A DNA stretch of 64,000 bases, taken from positions 416,001 through 480,000 of the forward strand of contig CAVRAG010000007.1 in NCBI GenBank assembly GCA_963718895.1. Direction: 5' to 3'. Shown here piece after piece: positions 48,481-57,603 of the stretch. Numbering within the stretch: position 1 is the stretch's first letter; each line of letters opens with the position of its first letter. Below the pieces are notes generated by a model. The model ran no database searches. It was not told the origin of the DNA and worked only from the letters and a program-made list of their open reading frames with translations. The translations under genes and the position numbers were made by a program. The stretch comes from an uncultured Nitrososphaerota archaeon (GTDB lineage: Archaea; Thermoproteota; Nitrososphaeria; Nitrososphaerales; Gagatemarchaeaceae).

Positions 48481-48575
48481 TCAACGATGAACTCGTATGC
48501 GCCGCTTTTCTCAGTGACGGTCACCGGTCGAGAGCCGGATTTGGTCTTTGTACCCTTAGAACATTGTGACGGACA

Positions 48576-48812
48576 TCAAGATCCTTCGCAGCTCCAGACT
48601 CTTTCCGGGCGGGACGAACCCACGGACAGCGCCAGCGCCTGGCAGATGGCCTTGACCGCCATGGCAGATCTCACTGTCTCGTTGGTGACCTCGATCCAGC
48701 GGATTCCTGCCCTGTAATAGAAATCCACCTTGGAGTGGTCGTGAATTGAACTCTTTGCCCCTGATATTCCTATAACTATTCGCTTCTCTCTGCTGACCAC
48801 GAGGTCAGGCAG
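48576..48812 (-). pseudogene. Orphan 3' fragment of the DUF559-like nuclease (diverged copy of 50085-50321)
   Basis: LPDLVVSREKRIVIGISG...KVDFYY..IRWIEVTN...ICQALALSVGSSR is colinear with the 50085 gene. Confidence 0.85.
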
Positions 48813-48832
48813 GGATGCTTGCATCCCGAGTC

Positions 48833-50026
48833 TTAAGGACTCAGGGCGAATGCCGTAGAGTTGACCATGAAGCAGTATGCGTACGGAGACCCCGTGTCGC
48901 CAGGTACACTGAACATGCAGTTGTCCCCCGATGGTTCCCCAGACTTCCCGGAGTACGGGTACCAGACCGTTATGGTGTAGCTCTTGGCGCTCCAGGGTCC
49001 CGAGGATGGGACCTGGGCGGTGCATCCAGAGGTCGAAGCGGCCTGGGCGGCGCAGTTGAAGATGAACGCCTGCGAGAACCCCGAGGCGGTACATGGGACT
49101 GGATTGTTGTTCTCCGCGCAGCCTCCTCCGTTGGCTAGGAAGCTCCCCACCTCTGGTAGGTTGTGTGACGCCACGACAGAAAAGTGCAGAATGGTCAACT
49201 GGCCCCACTCGTCGCCGGCCACCAGAGTGTAGTTCGCGGGCAGGGACGACCCGAGTGAATTGTAGCCCAATCCAGCGGTGGAGTTAGCGGCGTAGATGCT
49301 CTCCTGTACGGCCATCCTCGTTGGGAATGTTCCCTTGGCTAAGGACTCGGTGTTGTTCGCAGTGTACGTGCACACCCCCGAGTTGCACACGGGCGGCGGT
49401 TGAGCGCCCGGGACGGCGTAATAGCCGGCGTAGGTCCCGTTGTCACGTCCAGCGAGCAGGGAGTAGCTGGTGATGCTGTGCAGGGGGTAGTACTGGTTGC
49501 CGACCGAGACGCCGTCGGAGACACATTCCACAAGGGCCCACACCGAAAGCGGCTTCCCTGCACTGGAGAGGTTGTTCAGCCCATACGTCCCCCTGAAGAC
49601 GCCTATGCCGACCGGAAAGAATAGCTTGTTGGTACTGTTGCCAAGGTCGCACGGTCCAGCGCTCAAGCCACCGATCGCCCAGGCGTTGGACGCGGTCAAG
49701 TTGTTCGCAGTGGGTAGGGTGTTCAGGACCGAGGTGGTGATGTGGATGGCGTCCTGGCTGGGTATCATCGTCGAATTGACCGACAACGTGAGTTTCAGGC
49801 CCAAAGATGACGAATTGGTGGTTACGGTCGCTGATCCGGGTCCAGTGTAGCTTGTTGTCTCGGTGCCTTGTGAGGACGACGCGAGGGAAACAGCCGAAGA
49901 GGAGCTACTGCTCTTGGATGCGCTCGGCGAAGAAAACGTAACGAAGGCGAGCGTCCCTGTGGCGACGACGATTATCACTGCGACGACGATAACGGTCGTA
50001 CCTATTGCTTCCCTTGCACGCCTCAA
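48833..50026 (-). CDS. Membrane-anchored secreted Cys-rich protein with GDEWG domain (cargo)
   Basis: N-terminal TM, Ser linker, GLKLTLSVN, NNLTASNAW, PVGIG, YTLVAGDEWG, Cys-rich C-terminus. Confidence 0.8.
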   Translation of the reverse strand: MRRAREAIGTTVIVVAVIIVVATGTLAFVTFSSPSASKSSSSSSAVSLASSSQGTETTSYTGPGSATVTTNSSSLGLKLTLSVNSTMIPSQDAIHITTSVLNTLPTANNLTASNAWAIGGLSAGPCDLGNSTNKLFFPVGIGVFRGTYGLNNLSSAGKPLSVWALVECVSDGVSVGNQYYPLHSITSYSLLAGRDNGTYAGYYAVPGAQPPPVCNSGVCTYTANNTESLAKGTFPTRMAVQESIYAANSTAGLGYNSLGSSLPANYTLVAGDEWGQLTILHFSVVASHNLPEVGSFLANGGGCAENNNPVPCTASGFSQAFIFNCAAQAASTSGCTAQVPSSGPWSAKSYTITVWYPYSGKSGEPSGDNCMFSVPGDTGSPYAYCFMVNSTAFALSP

Positions 50027-50055
50027 GCCGATTCTTTGGTTAGGACCCCAGCGTT

Positions 50056-50077
50056 TGATTAATAGTTATGTCCGAAC
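50056..50077 (-). promoter_or_regulatory. Cargo promoter motif copy 2
   Basis: Minus strand GTTCGGACATAACTATTAATCA, upstream of the 50026 start. Confidence 0.7.
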
Positions 50078-50084
50078 GATACCG

Positions 50085-50603
50085 TCAAGCCTCTTCGCAG
50101 CTCCAGATTCTTTCCAGACGGGACGAACCGACAGACAATGCGAGCGCCTGGCAGATGGATTTGACCGCCTCGGCTGATTTCACTGTATCGTTAGTGACCT
50201 CAATCCAGCGGATGTCGTGCTTGTAATAGAAATCCACCTTGGAGCGGACGTGAATCGAGCTCTTCGTACCTGATACTTCTATTACGACACGCCTCTCGCG
50301 GCTCACCACAAGGTCAGGAAGATACACTCTCGGGAGAGCATCGCCGCCACAGCTTTCGCAAGCGACTGAAGGTAGAGTGTCGTGAGGACCTATGATTGGA
50401 GCATCGGTGCGTTCGACGGAGAACTCACGCCCGCATTTGGAGCACTTCATTGAAGACCAGTCCACTATCCTGCAGTCGCGCTCCGCCGCTATGCCGTACC
50501 AGTTGAGGGAGGCGAGGAACGAGGCTTCGGAGTCGGTCTGCGAGACCCTGAATTCTGAGCGATTCCTTGAGAATCTGTTGCTCGTCGGAGGAGATGTGGT
50601 CAT
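50085..50603 (-). CDS. DUF559/Vsr-like PD-(D/E)xK nuclease with inserted Zn ribbon
   Basis: SEASF, CSKC...CESC, YLPDLVV, VVIEVSG..H, IRWIEVTN; ATG at 50603 overlaps the upstream stop (ATGA). Confidence 0.7.
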   Translation of the reverse strand: MTTSPPTSNRFSRNRSEFRVSQTDSEASFLASLNWYGIAAERDCRIVDWSSMKCSKCGREFSVERTDAPIIGPHDTLPSVACESCGGDALPRVYLPDLVVSRERRVVIEVSGTKSSIHVRSKVDFYYKHDIRWIEVTNDTVKSAEAVKSICQALALSVGSSRLERIWSCEEA

Positions 50604-51235
50604 TTGATTTGGACGATCTCCAACGCATTCTTTTTGTGGGGACAGCCGTGATAGTGAGACTTGGCAAAATTGCAGTTGTGGCACAACACTTGGAAGCCTT
50701 CGGGGTACCCGTGGAGCTTGAGCCATTGCTCTATTGTGCCCTTGAAGGTCTTACGATGCTTACAGCCATCATTGTAGATATGGTCAATGGCAAGAAACTC
50801 AATGGTTCCTTCCCCGCAACAGGAACAATGAGGTGGATCTCCACCATAGTGAAGCATGGCAGCGGTTCGAATTTTATGACGGCTCCTCTTAGCGAACTCG
50901 CGTCGCATTTCGGGACGTCGCGAGAAGTACTGCTCTCTCCCGTAGAGGTTCTTGTGAGCGTTAGAACAGTATTTTCTTGTTGGCCAAGTTGAAATGAATG
51001 CGACGCCGCAATACTTGCAAACACATGATCTGGTCCACGACTTCCTAGGACCTTGGATTACTCCGGCGACGCGCAAACTATGTAACTTGTTCTTGATTGA
51101 AAGTTGGTTTCGACCCACCAATCTGGCCGTTTCGTCTAGTGTTGCCGTCTTGTAGCAACCCAGCAGAATTTGGACTTGTTCGTCGGTCCAATAGTATGGG
51201 TAAGAGTGGATTTCGCTGAATCGCGCCGATGTCAT
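50600..51235 (-). CDS. HNH-type endonuclease with N-terminal Myb-like and Zn-finger modules
   Basis: WTDEQVQIL, CKYC...YCSNAH, CSCCGE...LAIDHIYNDG, QVLCHNCN; low GC. Confidence 0.75.
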   Translation of the reverse strand: MTSARFSEIHSYPYYWTDEQVQILLGCYKTATLDETARLVGRNQLSIKNKLHSLRVAGVIQGPRKSWTRSCVCKYCGVAFISTWPTRKYCSNAHKNLYGREQYFSRRPEMRREFAKRSRHKIRTAAMLHYGGDPPHCSCCGEGTIEFLAIDHIYNDGCKHRKTFKGTIEQWLKLHGYPEGFQVLCHNCNFAKSHYHGCPHKKNALEIVQIK

Positions 51236-51238
51236 GAG

Positions 51239-51481
51239 TCACTGTGCTCCCGTCTGCTGAATCTCTCCGGGTTGCTCGGACTTGTGGTCGTTCGACTCCT
51301 CCCCTGTTTCTATTACATCCGCCTTCTCGGGTAGCTGCACGATCCCGAGATACCTCGTAACTACACGCCCGTCGACCCTGTAGACCTCCTGAGCGAAGGC
51401 GTAGGGGCCGGTCCTAGCCGCCTTTGGATAGATCCTGCCGTTGATCCGCTTCCTGTAGAAGACTGTGGCGCACAAATCCAC
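51239..51481 (-). CDS. Small basic mobile-element protein
   Basis: YRKRINGRIY...GPYAF...YRVDGRVVTRYLG, a pattern I associate with transposase N-termini and archaeal plasmid/viral proteins. Confidence 0.6.
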   Translation of the reverse strand: MDLCATVFYRKRINGRIYPKAARTGPYAFAQEVYRVDGRVVTRYLGIVQLPEKADVIETGEESNDHKSEQPGEIQQTGAQ

Positions 51482-51511
51482 CGCTATGCTGCGAGGGCAA
51501 TTAAGCCCCCA

Positions 51512-52339
51512 TCAAGAGACGGTGAAGTACGCTATGGCCGAGGTGCCCCATTCGTCCTCCGCCAGGACCGTGTACGTCCCCTTTGGGAAGCTCGTGAAAC
51601 CGCCGCCGTTCTGGCTCCAATACCCTCCAGCTGTCACTTCGACGGATACTTTCTCGGTCAGGCACGGGCCGGTCCCGCAGGACCCGTAGACCATGGCTGA
51701 GTCATTCATGGGCTGGAAGACGTACCTGGCAATATCGGAGAGCCCTGCGGGACAGCCGAAGGTGGCTCCCGGGTTGACGAGGTCCAGGAACTTGGCTAGG
51801 GTCATGTTGGAGGAAGCATAGTGCCCCTCGGCGATTGCCAGCCCGACGGGGTAGTTACCGGGCCAGCAGGGAGGTCCGTTCAAGCCGTTAAGCGTGAGCG
51901 GCCATTCGTTCGCTGCCGTCAGATTGTTCGTGGTGGCGAGGGTGCTGCGTTCGTCGACGGTGACGCTCACCATGATGCCGCTCGCCGAGGACGATGAGGC
52001 GTTCAGAGAGAGCTGGAGCTGCAGGTTGTTCGCAGAGTCGACGACAGCTTTCGCCGTGTGGGTCGGTTCAGCCGTTACCGAGTAGCTTACGCTCGAGCTA
52101 CTGCTGACCGGCGTGGACGCAGTGGCGAAGGAGATGGAGTAGCCTGTGACGTCCCTCCATGTGCCTCCGACTCCGAAGCCCTCGTATGTCACTGACCCAT
52201 ATCGCAGAAAGTTGCAGCCGTTCGCGGGACAGGCGAATGCTCCCGGAGGGGGCGCATAATAGACAACAGGGACGAGGAACAGGAAGGCAAGGATGAATGC
52301 GATAGCAGCTCCAACAGCGACCTTTCGATTCACCTTCAT
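51512..52339 (-). CDS. Membrane-anchored secreted protein with DEWG domain (cargo, paralog of 48833 gene)
   Basis: FLVPVV...CPANGC...SVTY module then LQLQLSLN, NNLTAANEW, PVGLA, YTVLAEDEWG. Confidence 0.8.
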   Translation of the reverse strand: MKVNRKVAVGAAIAFILAFLFLVPVVYYAPPPGAFACPANGCNFLRYGSVTYEGFGVGGTWRDVTGYSISFATASTPVSSSSSVSYSVTAEPTHTAKAVVDSANNLQLQLSLNASSSSASGIMVSVTVDERSTLATTNNLTAANEWPLTLNGLNGPPCWPGNYPVGLAIAEGHYASSNMTLAKFLDLVNPGATFGCPAGLSDIARYVFQPMNDSAMVYGSCGTGPCLTEKVSVEVTAGGYWSQNGGGFTSFPKGTYTVLAEDEWGTSAIAYFTVS

Positions 52340-52380
52340 ACTACTGTCCTCATCCCAGAATAGAGGTCATGATAGGTCGA

Positions 52381-52406
52381 TTCCTGATTAATAGTTTTGT
52401 CCGAAC
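52381..52406 (-). promoter_or_regulatory. Cargo promoter motif copy 3
   Basis: Minus strand GTTCGGACAAAACTATTAATCAGGAA; 25 of 26 nt identical to copy 1. Confidence 0.7.
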
Positions 52407-52476
52407 GCCCAATTCATCGATGAGTGACAATGCCGTCGGAGTTCCCGCGTTATAAGCCGCCATACTCCTACATCGC

Positions 52477-54858
52477 GTGTCCCGCACAATCGACGACGAG
52501 GAGATGATATTCCACGCGCTCTTCATCGGCTCAACCGGCGCTGGAAAGACGAACGCGATGCTGTTCTGGCTGCGCAGGCTCTTCTCCAACAGGAAGGACG
52601 TCGCTCTCGTCCTCATCGACCCCCACGGGGATGCCGCCGTCGATCTCGTGCGCCTCATCCCGAAGTCTGAGAGGGAGAGGATCACGATACTCGACCCGAC
52701 CTACGTATCGTTCGGGCTGAACCCGCTCTCGCTCCCAGCCAGTATCGATGGTTTGAACAGAGTCCAGATACTCCAGACCCAAGTGGAGGAGCTCTCCGCC
52801 CTCCTCTCCGACGTCTTCAACACCGACGCGGCCACCGCCCCTAGGCTGATGTGGGTCTTCAAGGGCGCCCTCTACTACCTCTACACTCTCGACGACAACC
52901 CCACCTTCAGGGACCTCTACCGCATCCTCGTAGACTTCATCTCGATGCCTCGGTCGGAGATCGAGTGGATGCTCAGGAGCAGGGAGCTGGAGGACGAGAT
53001 AATCAGGAGCACCATAGACGCCATCTCCAAGCTCCCCAAGGACGCATTCGCGCCGGTCGTCAACAGGATATCGAACTTCGTCCTCCCTCCTCAGTCGATA
53101 ACCTCCAGGACGTTCTGCTCGAGGACGAGCAAGCTCGACTTCGACGAGATGATGGTCCCGGGAAGGCTCACGATATTCAGGATAACAAAGACGCTCCCCT
53201 ACGATTTCCGGAGGCTGATCTCCGCTTCCATCGCGATGAGGTTCTACTTCACGGTGGAAAAGAGGGCGGCCAGGCTCGAGCGGGAGGGCGAGCCTCCTTC
53301 GGCGCGGACCCCGGTCGTGCTTGCGGTCGACGAGTTCCAGAACATCAGCGACCTGAAGCTGCTCGACACGATCCTCTCGGAGTCGAGGAAGTACGGCCTC
53401 TACCTGTGGATGGTTAACCAGAACATCCAGCAGATACGGCCGGAGCTCTTCAGCTCGGTGAGCGGCAACGTCGGCCCCGTCTACGCATTCAGGGTGGGGC
53501 CTGACGACGCATCGAAGATATCCGAGCTGATCTCGCCCGAAAGGAAGGATGAGGTCAGGAACGCCCTCATCTCGCTCCCGGACTACTCCTGCGTGGTGAG
53601 GAAGAGGCCCCACGGGGAGGACGTCGCTGGCAAGCCCTTGCTGCTGGAGCCGTTCCCGAGGGTGGGCGAGTGCCTGTGCGGCACGAAGGAGGTCATCGAC
53701 TACATGAAGAAGGAGGTGGAGGATAGGTATGGCGGCGCCCACGAGGCGACGGACCTGGTCTACAAGAGCCCCGGGGAGGAGATCGCGGGAAAGTCAAGCT
53801 CGAGGGTCCCGTTCACGCCGGTAACCTGGAGGATACTGACGGCCGGCTACCTCAAGCTCATGTCCGACGCCTATCCGCTCGAGTTCTCCCGCATCCGGAC
53901 CGAGTTCTTCGCGAAGCACTCGTGGCGGACCTCGGACGTACAGGAGGCCCTCAACGCCCTGGTCAACAGGGGGTTCCTCACCCAGACCTTCGCCCGTCAG
54001 GAGTACGTCATGAAGGGGAAGGACGTGAACGGCAACCCGGTCATGCTCCCGCCCGACCCCTCCGTGGCGGACCAGATGGAGAGGACGAAGACGGTAATCT
54101 ACAACCTGACGCCGCTCGCACTGGAGTACCTCCAGATGAGGGTCGGGTCGTCGAAGGCGGGGGACCCGAAGCACCTGCGGGTGATAGAAAAGCTGCTGAA
54201 GCAGGAGTACTGGACGATGGGATACTTCACCGTAGTTGACTGGGGCGAGGGCAGCGGCGGCAAGCCCGACATAGCGGTGCTGAAGCCGTGCGTGAGGGAG
54301 GTCAGGGACAGGGACGGGAACGAGCTGCGGATGCCCGACCCATACTACTGGGACTATTCGTCAAAGATCGCGGTGGAGGTCGAGATGGCTCCTCAGAAGA
54401 ACGGGGAGCAGGTCCAGAAGAACTACCGCAAGAACGCGGAGGTCTACGCCTCCATCAGGTTCGTCGTGACTTCCGACATCAACGCCAAGCAGCTACAGGA
54501 GATTCTCAGCGAGGACGTCAAGGCCGACCCCGAGAAGTACAGGATAGACAAGATCGAGTTCGAGAGCCTGAACGAAGTGGAACCGGCCAAGAGCGAGGAA
54601 CCAGCAAGCCCGCAGGTGCAGGTTCTTGAGCCTCTGGGACCGGCTGAAGAGATAGTGCTCTCCCTAGTCCTATCAGGCGGGTACACCAGCAGGGAGGAGA
54701 TCGCGAAGAAATGCAGTGATGCGGGGCTCGACGTGGGTGAGAGGTCGGTCTCCCGGTACCTCAGGAATCTGACCGAGAGAGGGCTCCTGAGGAGGGTCGG
54801 GAACGGTTACGAGCCGACGGAACTGTCGAGGAAGCTGTCTCGTCAGGATACTCTCTGA
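52477..54858 (+). CDS. VirD4/TraD-like coupling ATPase fused to wHTH, PD-(D/E)xK-like and HTH domains
   Basis: HALFIGSTGAGKT, LIDPHGD, GLNPL, VDEFQN, LSESRKYGL...NQ; C-terminal KH..., KPDIAV, IAVEVE, SVSRYLRNLTERGLL. Confidence 0.82.
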   Translation: MSRTIDDEEMIFHALFIGSTGAGKTNAMLFWLRRLFSNRKDVALVLIDPHGDAAVDLVRLIPKSERERITILDPTYVSFGLNPLSLPASIDGLNRVQILQTQVEELSALLSDVFNTDAATAPRLMWVFKGALYYLYTLDDNPTFRDLYRILVDFISMPRSEIEWMLRSRELEDEIIRSTIDAISKLPKDAFAPVVNRISNFVLPPQSITSRTFCSRTSKLDFDEMMVPGRLTIFRITKTLPYDFRRLISASIAMRFYFTVEKRAARLEREGEPPSARTPVVLAVDEFQNISDLKLLDTILSESRKYGLYLWMVNQNIQQIRPELFSSVSGNVGPVYAFRVGPDDASKISELISPERKDEVRNALISLPDYSCVVRKRPHGEDVAGKPLLLEPFPRVGECLCGTKEVIDYMKKEVEDRYGGAHEATDLVYKSPGEEIAGKSSSRVPFTPVTWRILTAGYLKLMSDAYPLEFSRIRTEFFAKHSWRTSDVQEALNALVNRGFLTQTFARQEYVMKGKDVNGNPVMLPPDPSVADQMERTKTVIYNLTPLALEYLQMRVGSSKAGDPKHLRVIEKLLKQEYWTMGYFTVVDWGEGSGGKPDIAVLKPCVREVRDRDGNELRMPDPYYWDYSSKIAVEVEMAPQKNGEQVQKNYRKNAEVYASIRFVVTSDINAKQLQEILSEDVKADPEKYRIDKIEFESLNEVEPAKSEEPASPQVQVLEPLGPAEEIVLSLVLSGGYTSREEIAKKCSDAGLDVGERSVSRYLRNLTERGLLRRVGNGYEPTELSRKLSRQDTL

Positions 54859-55127
54859 GCGCCTGCCATGACTGCTTTGGACAGCGATTCAAGACTCGGT
54901 ACCGCGCGGGTGAGTTTGTAACAAATTGGTGATGTCCGGTCCAAAGTCAAAATCCTTCCCCGCGTTTTCTGGTATAAAGACACCCGTCTTCGAATCAGGA
55001 ATCCGTCTTTTTTCAATAGAATCCCTATGGAATCAGCTCATAAGAACAAGGATGCATCAAGTAACCTTTCATGTGTTTCTCGAATTCGTGTGAGAGTCAT
55101 CATACTGCTTTGAGGCGCGATTCCAGG

Positions 55128-55658
55128 TTAACAGTAAGCCACGAGGAGCCCGTCTTCGACCGTGATTCGAGGTTCTACTCCTGTCGCGGCTTTGATCATC
55201 CCCGCAATGTAGTACTTGAGAAACGCAGACCATTTTGGTCCGTGAACGTGCTCAAACATCAGCCTCCGACTCGGGCCACTCCGAGAAGAGCTAAAAATAT
55301 ACCAGCCTGAGAACGAGCCGAGTGGTTCGAAACAATGCTCAATCAAATTGTCTAGATTGTACTCGATGTTCAGGAAAGAGAATGTTTTCTTTATGATGTG
55401 CGGACCAAGTTCTTTGCCGACTCTTTCCATTCGTTCCTCGGTCGTGCTATCCAGCATTGCAGCAAACAATTGCTGATTCAGCGGTATTGCCCGGAGGTGT
55501 TCGGTAATTCTGTCAAAAGAATCATGCTTTTCGAGGGTTGCGTTAACCAGCGCATTGATGTTGGTCTTGTGATGCTTTGCTTCTTCCGCGAGTCGATCCT
55601 TCAGGCGCTGGCGTATGCGGATGCTGACATAAACAAACTTGTCATTCGAATTCTCCAC
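55128..55658 (-). CDS. RHH regulator with C-terminal ligand-binding (V4R-like) domain
   Basis: VSIRIRQRLKDRLAEEAK...INALVN..L; FEHVHGPKWSAFL. Confidence 0.7.
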   Translation of the reverse strand: MENSNDKFVYVSIRIRQRLKDRLAEEAKHHKTNINALVNATLEKHDSFDRITEHLRAIPLNQQLFAAMLDSTTEERMERVGKELGPHIIKKTFSFLNIEYNLDNLIEHCFEPLGSFSGWYIFSSSRSGPSRRLMFEHVHGPKWSAFLKYYIAGMIKAATGVEPRITVEDGLLVAYC

Positions 55659-55811
55659 GGACTCCTCATCGCCGGACTATGTATAGTCTAACTGGTTATT
55701 TGAGGATTGGTATGAATTTCATCCTTGGCAACGCCCTCTTCGTTTTCGTCTAGGGTAGGGGAAGGGCCTTCCCTTCGAAGATGCCGCCAAGCAACCGGCT
55801 ACTAGTTCCGC

Positions 55812-56205
55812 CTACGGTTCCTCTCTGGCAGCCCTGACCGCCTCAAATACAGCAACACCCAGCGCAATAATCATGACAGTCTGAGCAAACCGTTCGGCAT
55901 TGATCATGTCATTGCCAAATATCACGAATTCAACCAAGAGAGCGAGTCCAAAGAATACCACGTAGGCAACTTGGTATGGTATGGCCATCCTTCTCACTCT
56001 GATCATGTTCTCCAAGATAACCCTGTCAACAACGTACCCGCCGCCTTCTTCCTTGACGAGTCCGCCGTGGAGGAGTTTCTTGACGTGATAATCGGCGAGG
56101 GAAGGGGAGCTTTAGGCTCACGGCCCTCTGCATCTCCCGCGTGTTCTTTTGGCTCCCAGCCTTGAACAGAAAGCGGTAGACCTTCAGCGTCGTACCCTTG
56201 AGCAC
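55812..56205 (-). CDS. Membrane-anchored winged-helix regulator (one apparent frameshift near 56112)
   Basis: Manual translation VLKGTTLKVYRFLFK...REMQRAVSL/SSPSLADYHVKKLLHGGLVKEEGGGYVVD, joined to two C-terminal TM helices. Confidence 0.72.
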
Positions 56206-56269
56206 TCAAGCTTCGGCACCTAGACCCCGGAAGACATTAACTCAACCGGCTTCCAAATGCGTCCCGAGG

Positions 56270-56476
56270 CACGAGGTCCCTGCCTACTCCACCATCTGGG
56301 AGAGGACCAAACAGCTTGATTTGGCCCTGGATGGGGCGAGGACAGACCAGCCCATCTACATCGCCCTCGACTCGTCGGGGACCTTCGGCGAATAGGTATC
56401 GGCCAAGAAGTTCGTGAACATGGCCAAGGAGATGGGCCCCCAAGGTCTCGATCTACAACATGTTCATGCGGATGAC
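56270..56476 (+). pseudogene. Internally deleted IS5-family transposase remnant
   Basis: VPAYSTIWER...IALDSSG (N-terminal part) fused directly to TFGE*VSAKKFVNMAKEM..KVSIYNMF (C-terminal part). Confidence 0.7.
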
Positions 56477-56541
56477 CCCTCACGGCGGAGGTAATTGCCG
56501 AACACAACACAGGGGACGCAAGGCTTTTAATTGCTAAAGCC

Positions 56542-57051
56542 GTGATTACAAGATCGATGCCAGATCTCCGGTCGCCGAAAGTCCGCAATGGGCTCATTGC
56601 CGGAATCGTAATATTGGTGCTCGTATTCTCCGTCGCCTACTACGCTAGACTAGAGCCGTTTCGAAGTAATTCAACATCCTCAACATCAGAGACTTCGCTC
56701 AATACCAATATTACTAATCACCTCTACTATTCGGTCTCTATCAATTACAGCGGCTCTTGGAACCTTGTTTATTGGGGTGAAAATGGAACGGTACCACAAA
56801 ACAGTAGCACAATACCTGGGCAGCCGCAATGGCAATACAACGTCAAGGGAGATTTGAACGGTTCAGGAAATTACGAGGCAAAGATAACGACCTACGGAGT
56901 CGGTTATGGGGCGAATGCGCTCTGCGCAAAGGCAACAAAACTGGATTCGCAGAATCTCACATTGACCCTGACCGTCTTGACTCCGCAGCTCACTAGCAGC
57001 ACCACCCCTTCCAATCCATCGGTCGAGGTTTGCGCTACCTACGGAGGATGA
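56542..57051 (+). CDS. Membrane-anchored secreted protein (cargo)
   Basis: N-terminal TM, Ser/Thr linker, beta-rich domain with two Cys. Confidence 0.7.
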   Translation: MITRSMPDLRSPKVRNGLIAGIVILVLVFSVAYYARLEPFRSNSTSSTSETSLNTNITNHLYYSVSINYSGSWNLVYWGENGTVPQNSSTIPGQPQWQYNVKGDLNGSGNYEAKITTYGVGYGANALCAKATKLDSQNLTLTLTVLTPQLTSSTTPSNPSVEVCATYGG

Positions 57052-57169
57052 CTCTCAAGATGCGTTAGCCTTGAAGAGAAGGTAGAAGAAGACCAAATCT
57101 CACATTGTGCATACGGGGCCGGCAGGCGAGAGGATTGATCGAAACGCACTTCTCCGCAATTCGGATTCT

Positions 57170-57407
57170 CTATGGCAGCGAGTATGCCACAGCGAGCTCC
57201 GCCCAATCGTCACCGCTCGGTGCTGCCCACGGAGCCGTCGTGGAACCGTATGTCCAGCCTGGACCGAACTCGGCGGCAGCGTACCAACCGGTACTGCTGC
57301 CCATCATGTAATAGTACTGACCGGTCTGCCAACCACCGCCGGTCCTAGCCGCCTTAGGGTACAGCCTGCCCCTGATCCACTTTCTGTATAGGATTGTTGC
57401 GCACAAA
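57170..57407 (-). pseudogene. Chimeric remnant: 5' fragment of the 51481 gene fused to a surface-protein C-terminus
   Basis: 57338-57407 matches 51407-51476 (CAT..YRK.I.GR.YPKAARTG), then switches to AAAEF...STTAPW...DWAELAVA. Confidence 0.7.
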
Positions 57408-57603
57408 GTGAACTCTGTTGCGGCAGTCCAGATAAGCGCCCCTCATGTTATAGAAATAGGGTTCTGATTGATGGTTTACGTTGGCGTTGTCGTGGCTAGG
57501 ATGCCGAGTTTGGCGCATCGAGGCATGAAGTTCAGGGAATCGGGGCCAAACCATCCTACCTGAGGGAATTGCCTGAAATGGTAACGTAGCCCGGGCCTGT
57601 TTT

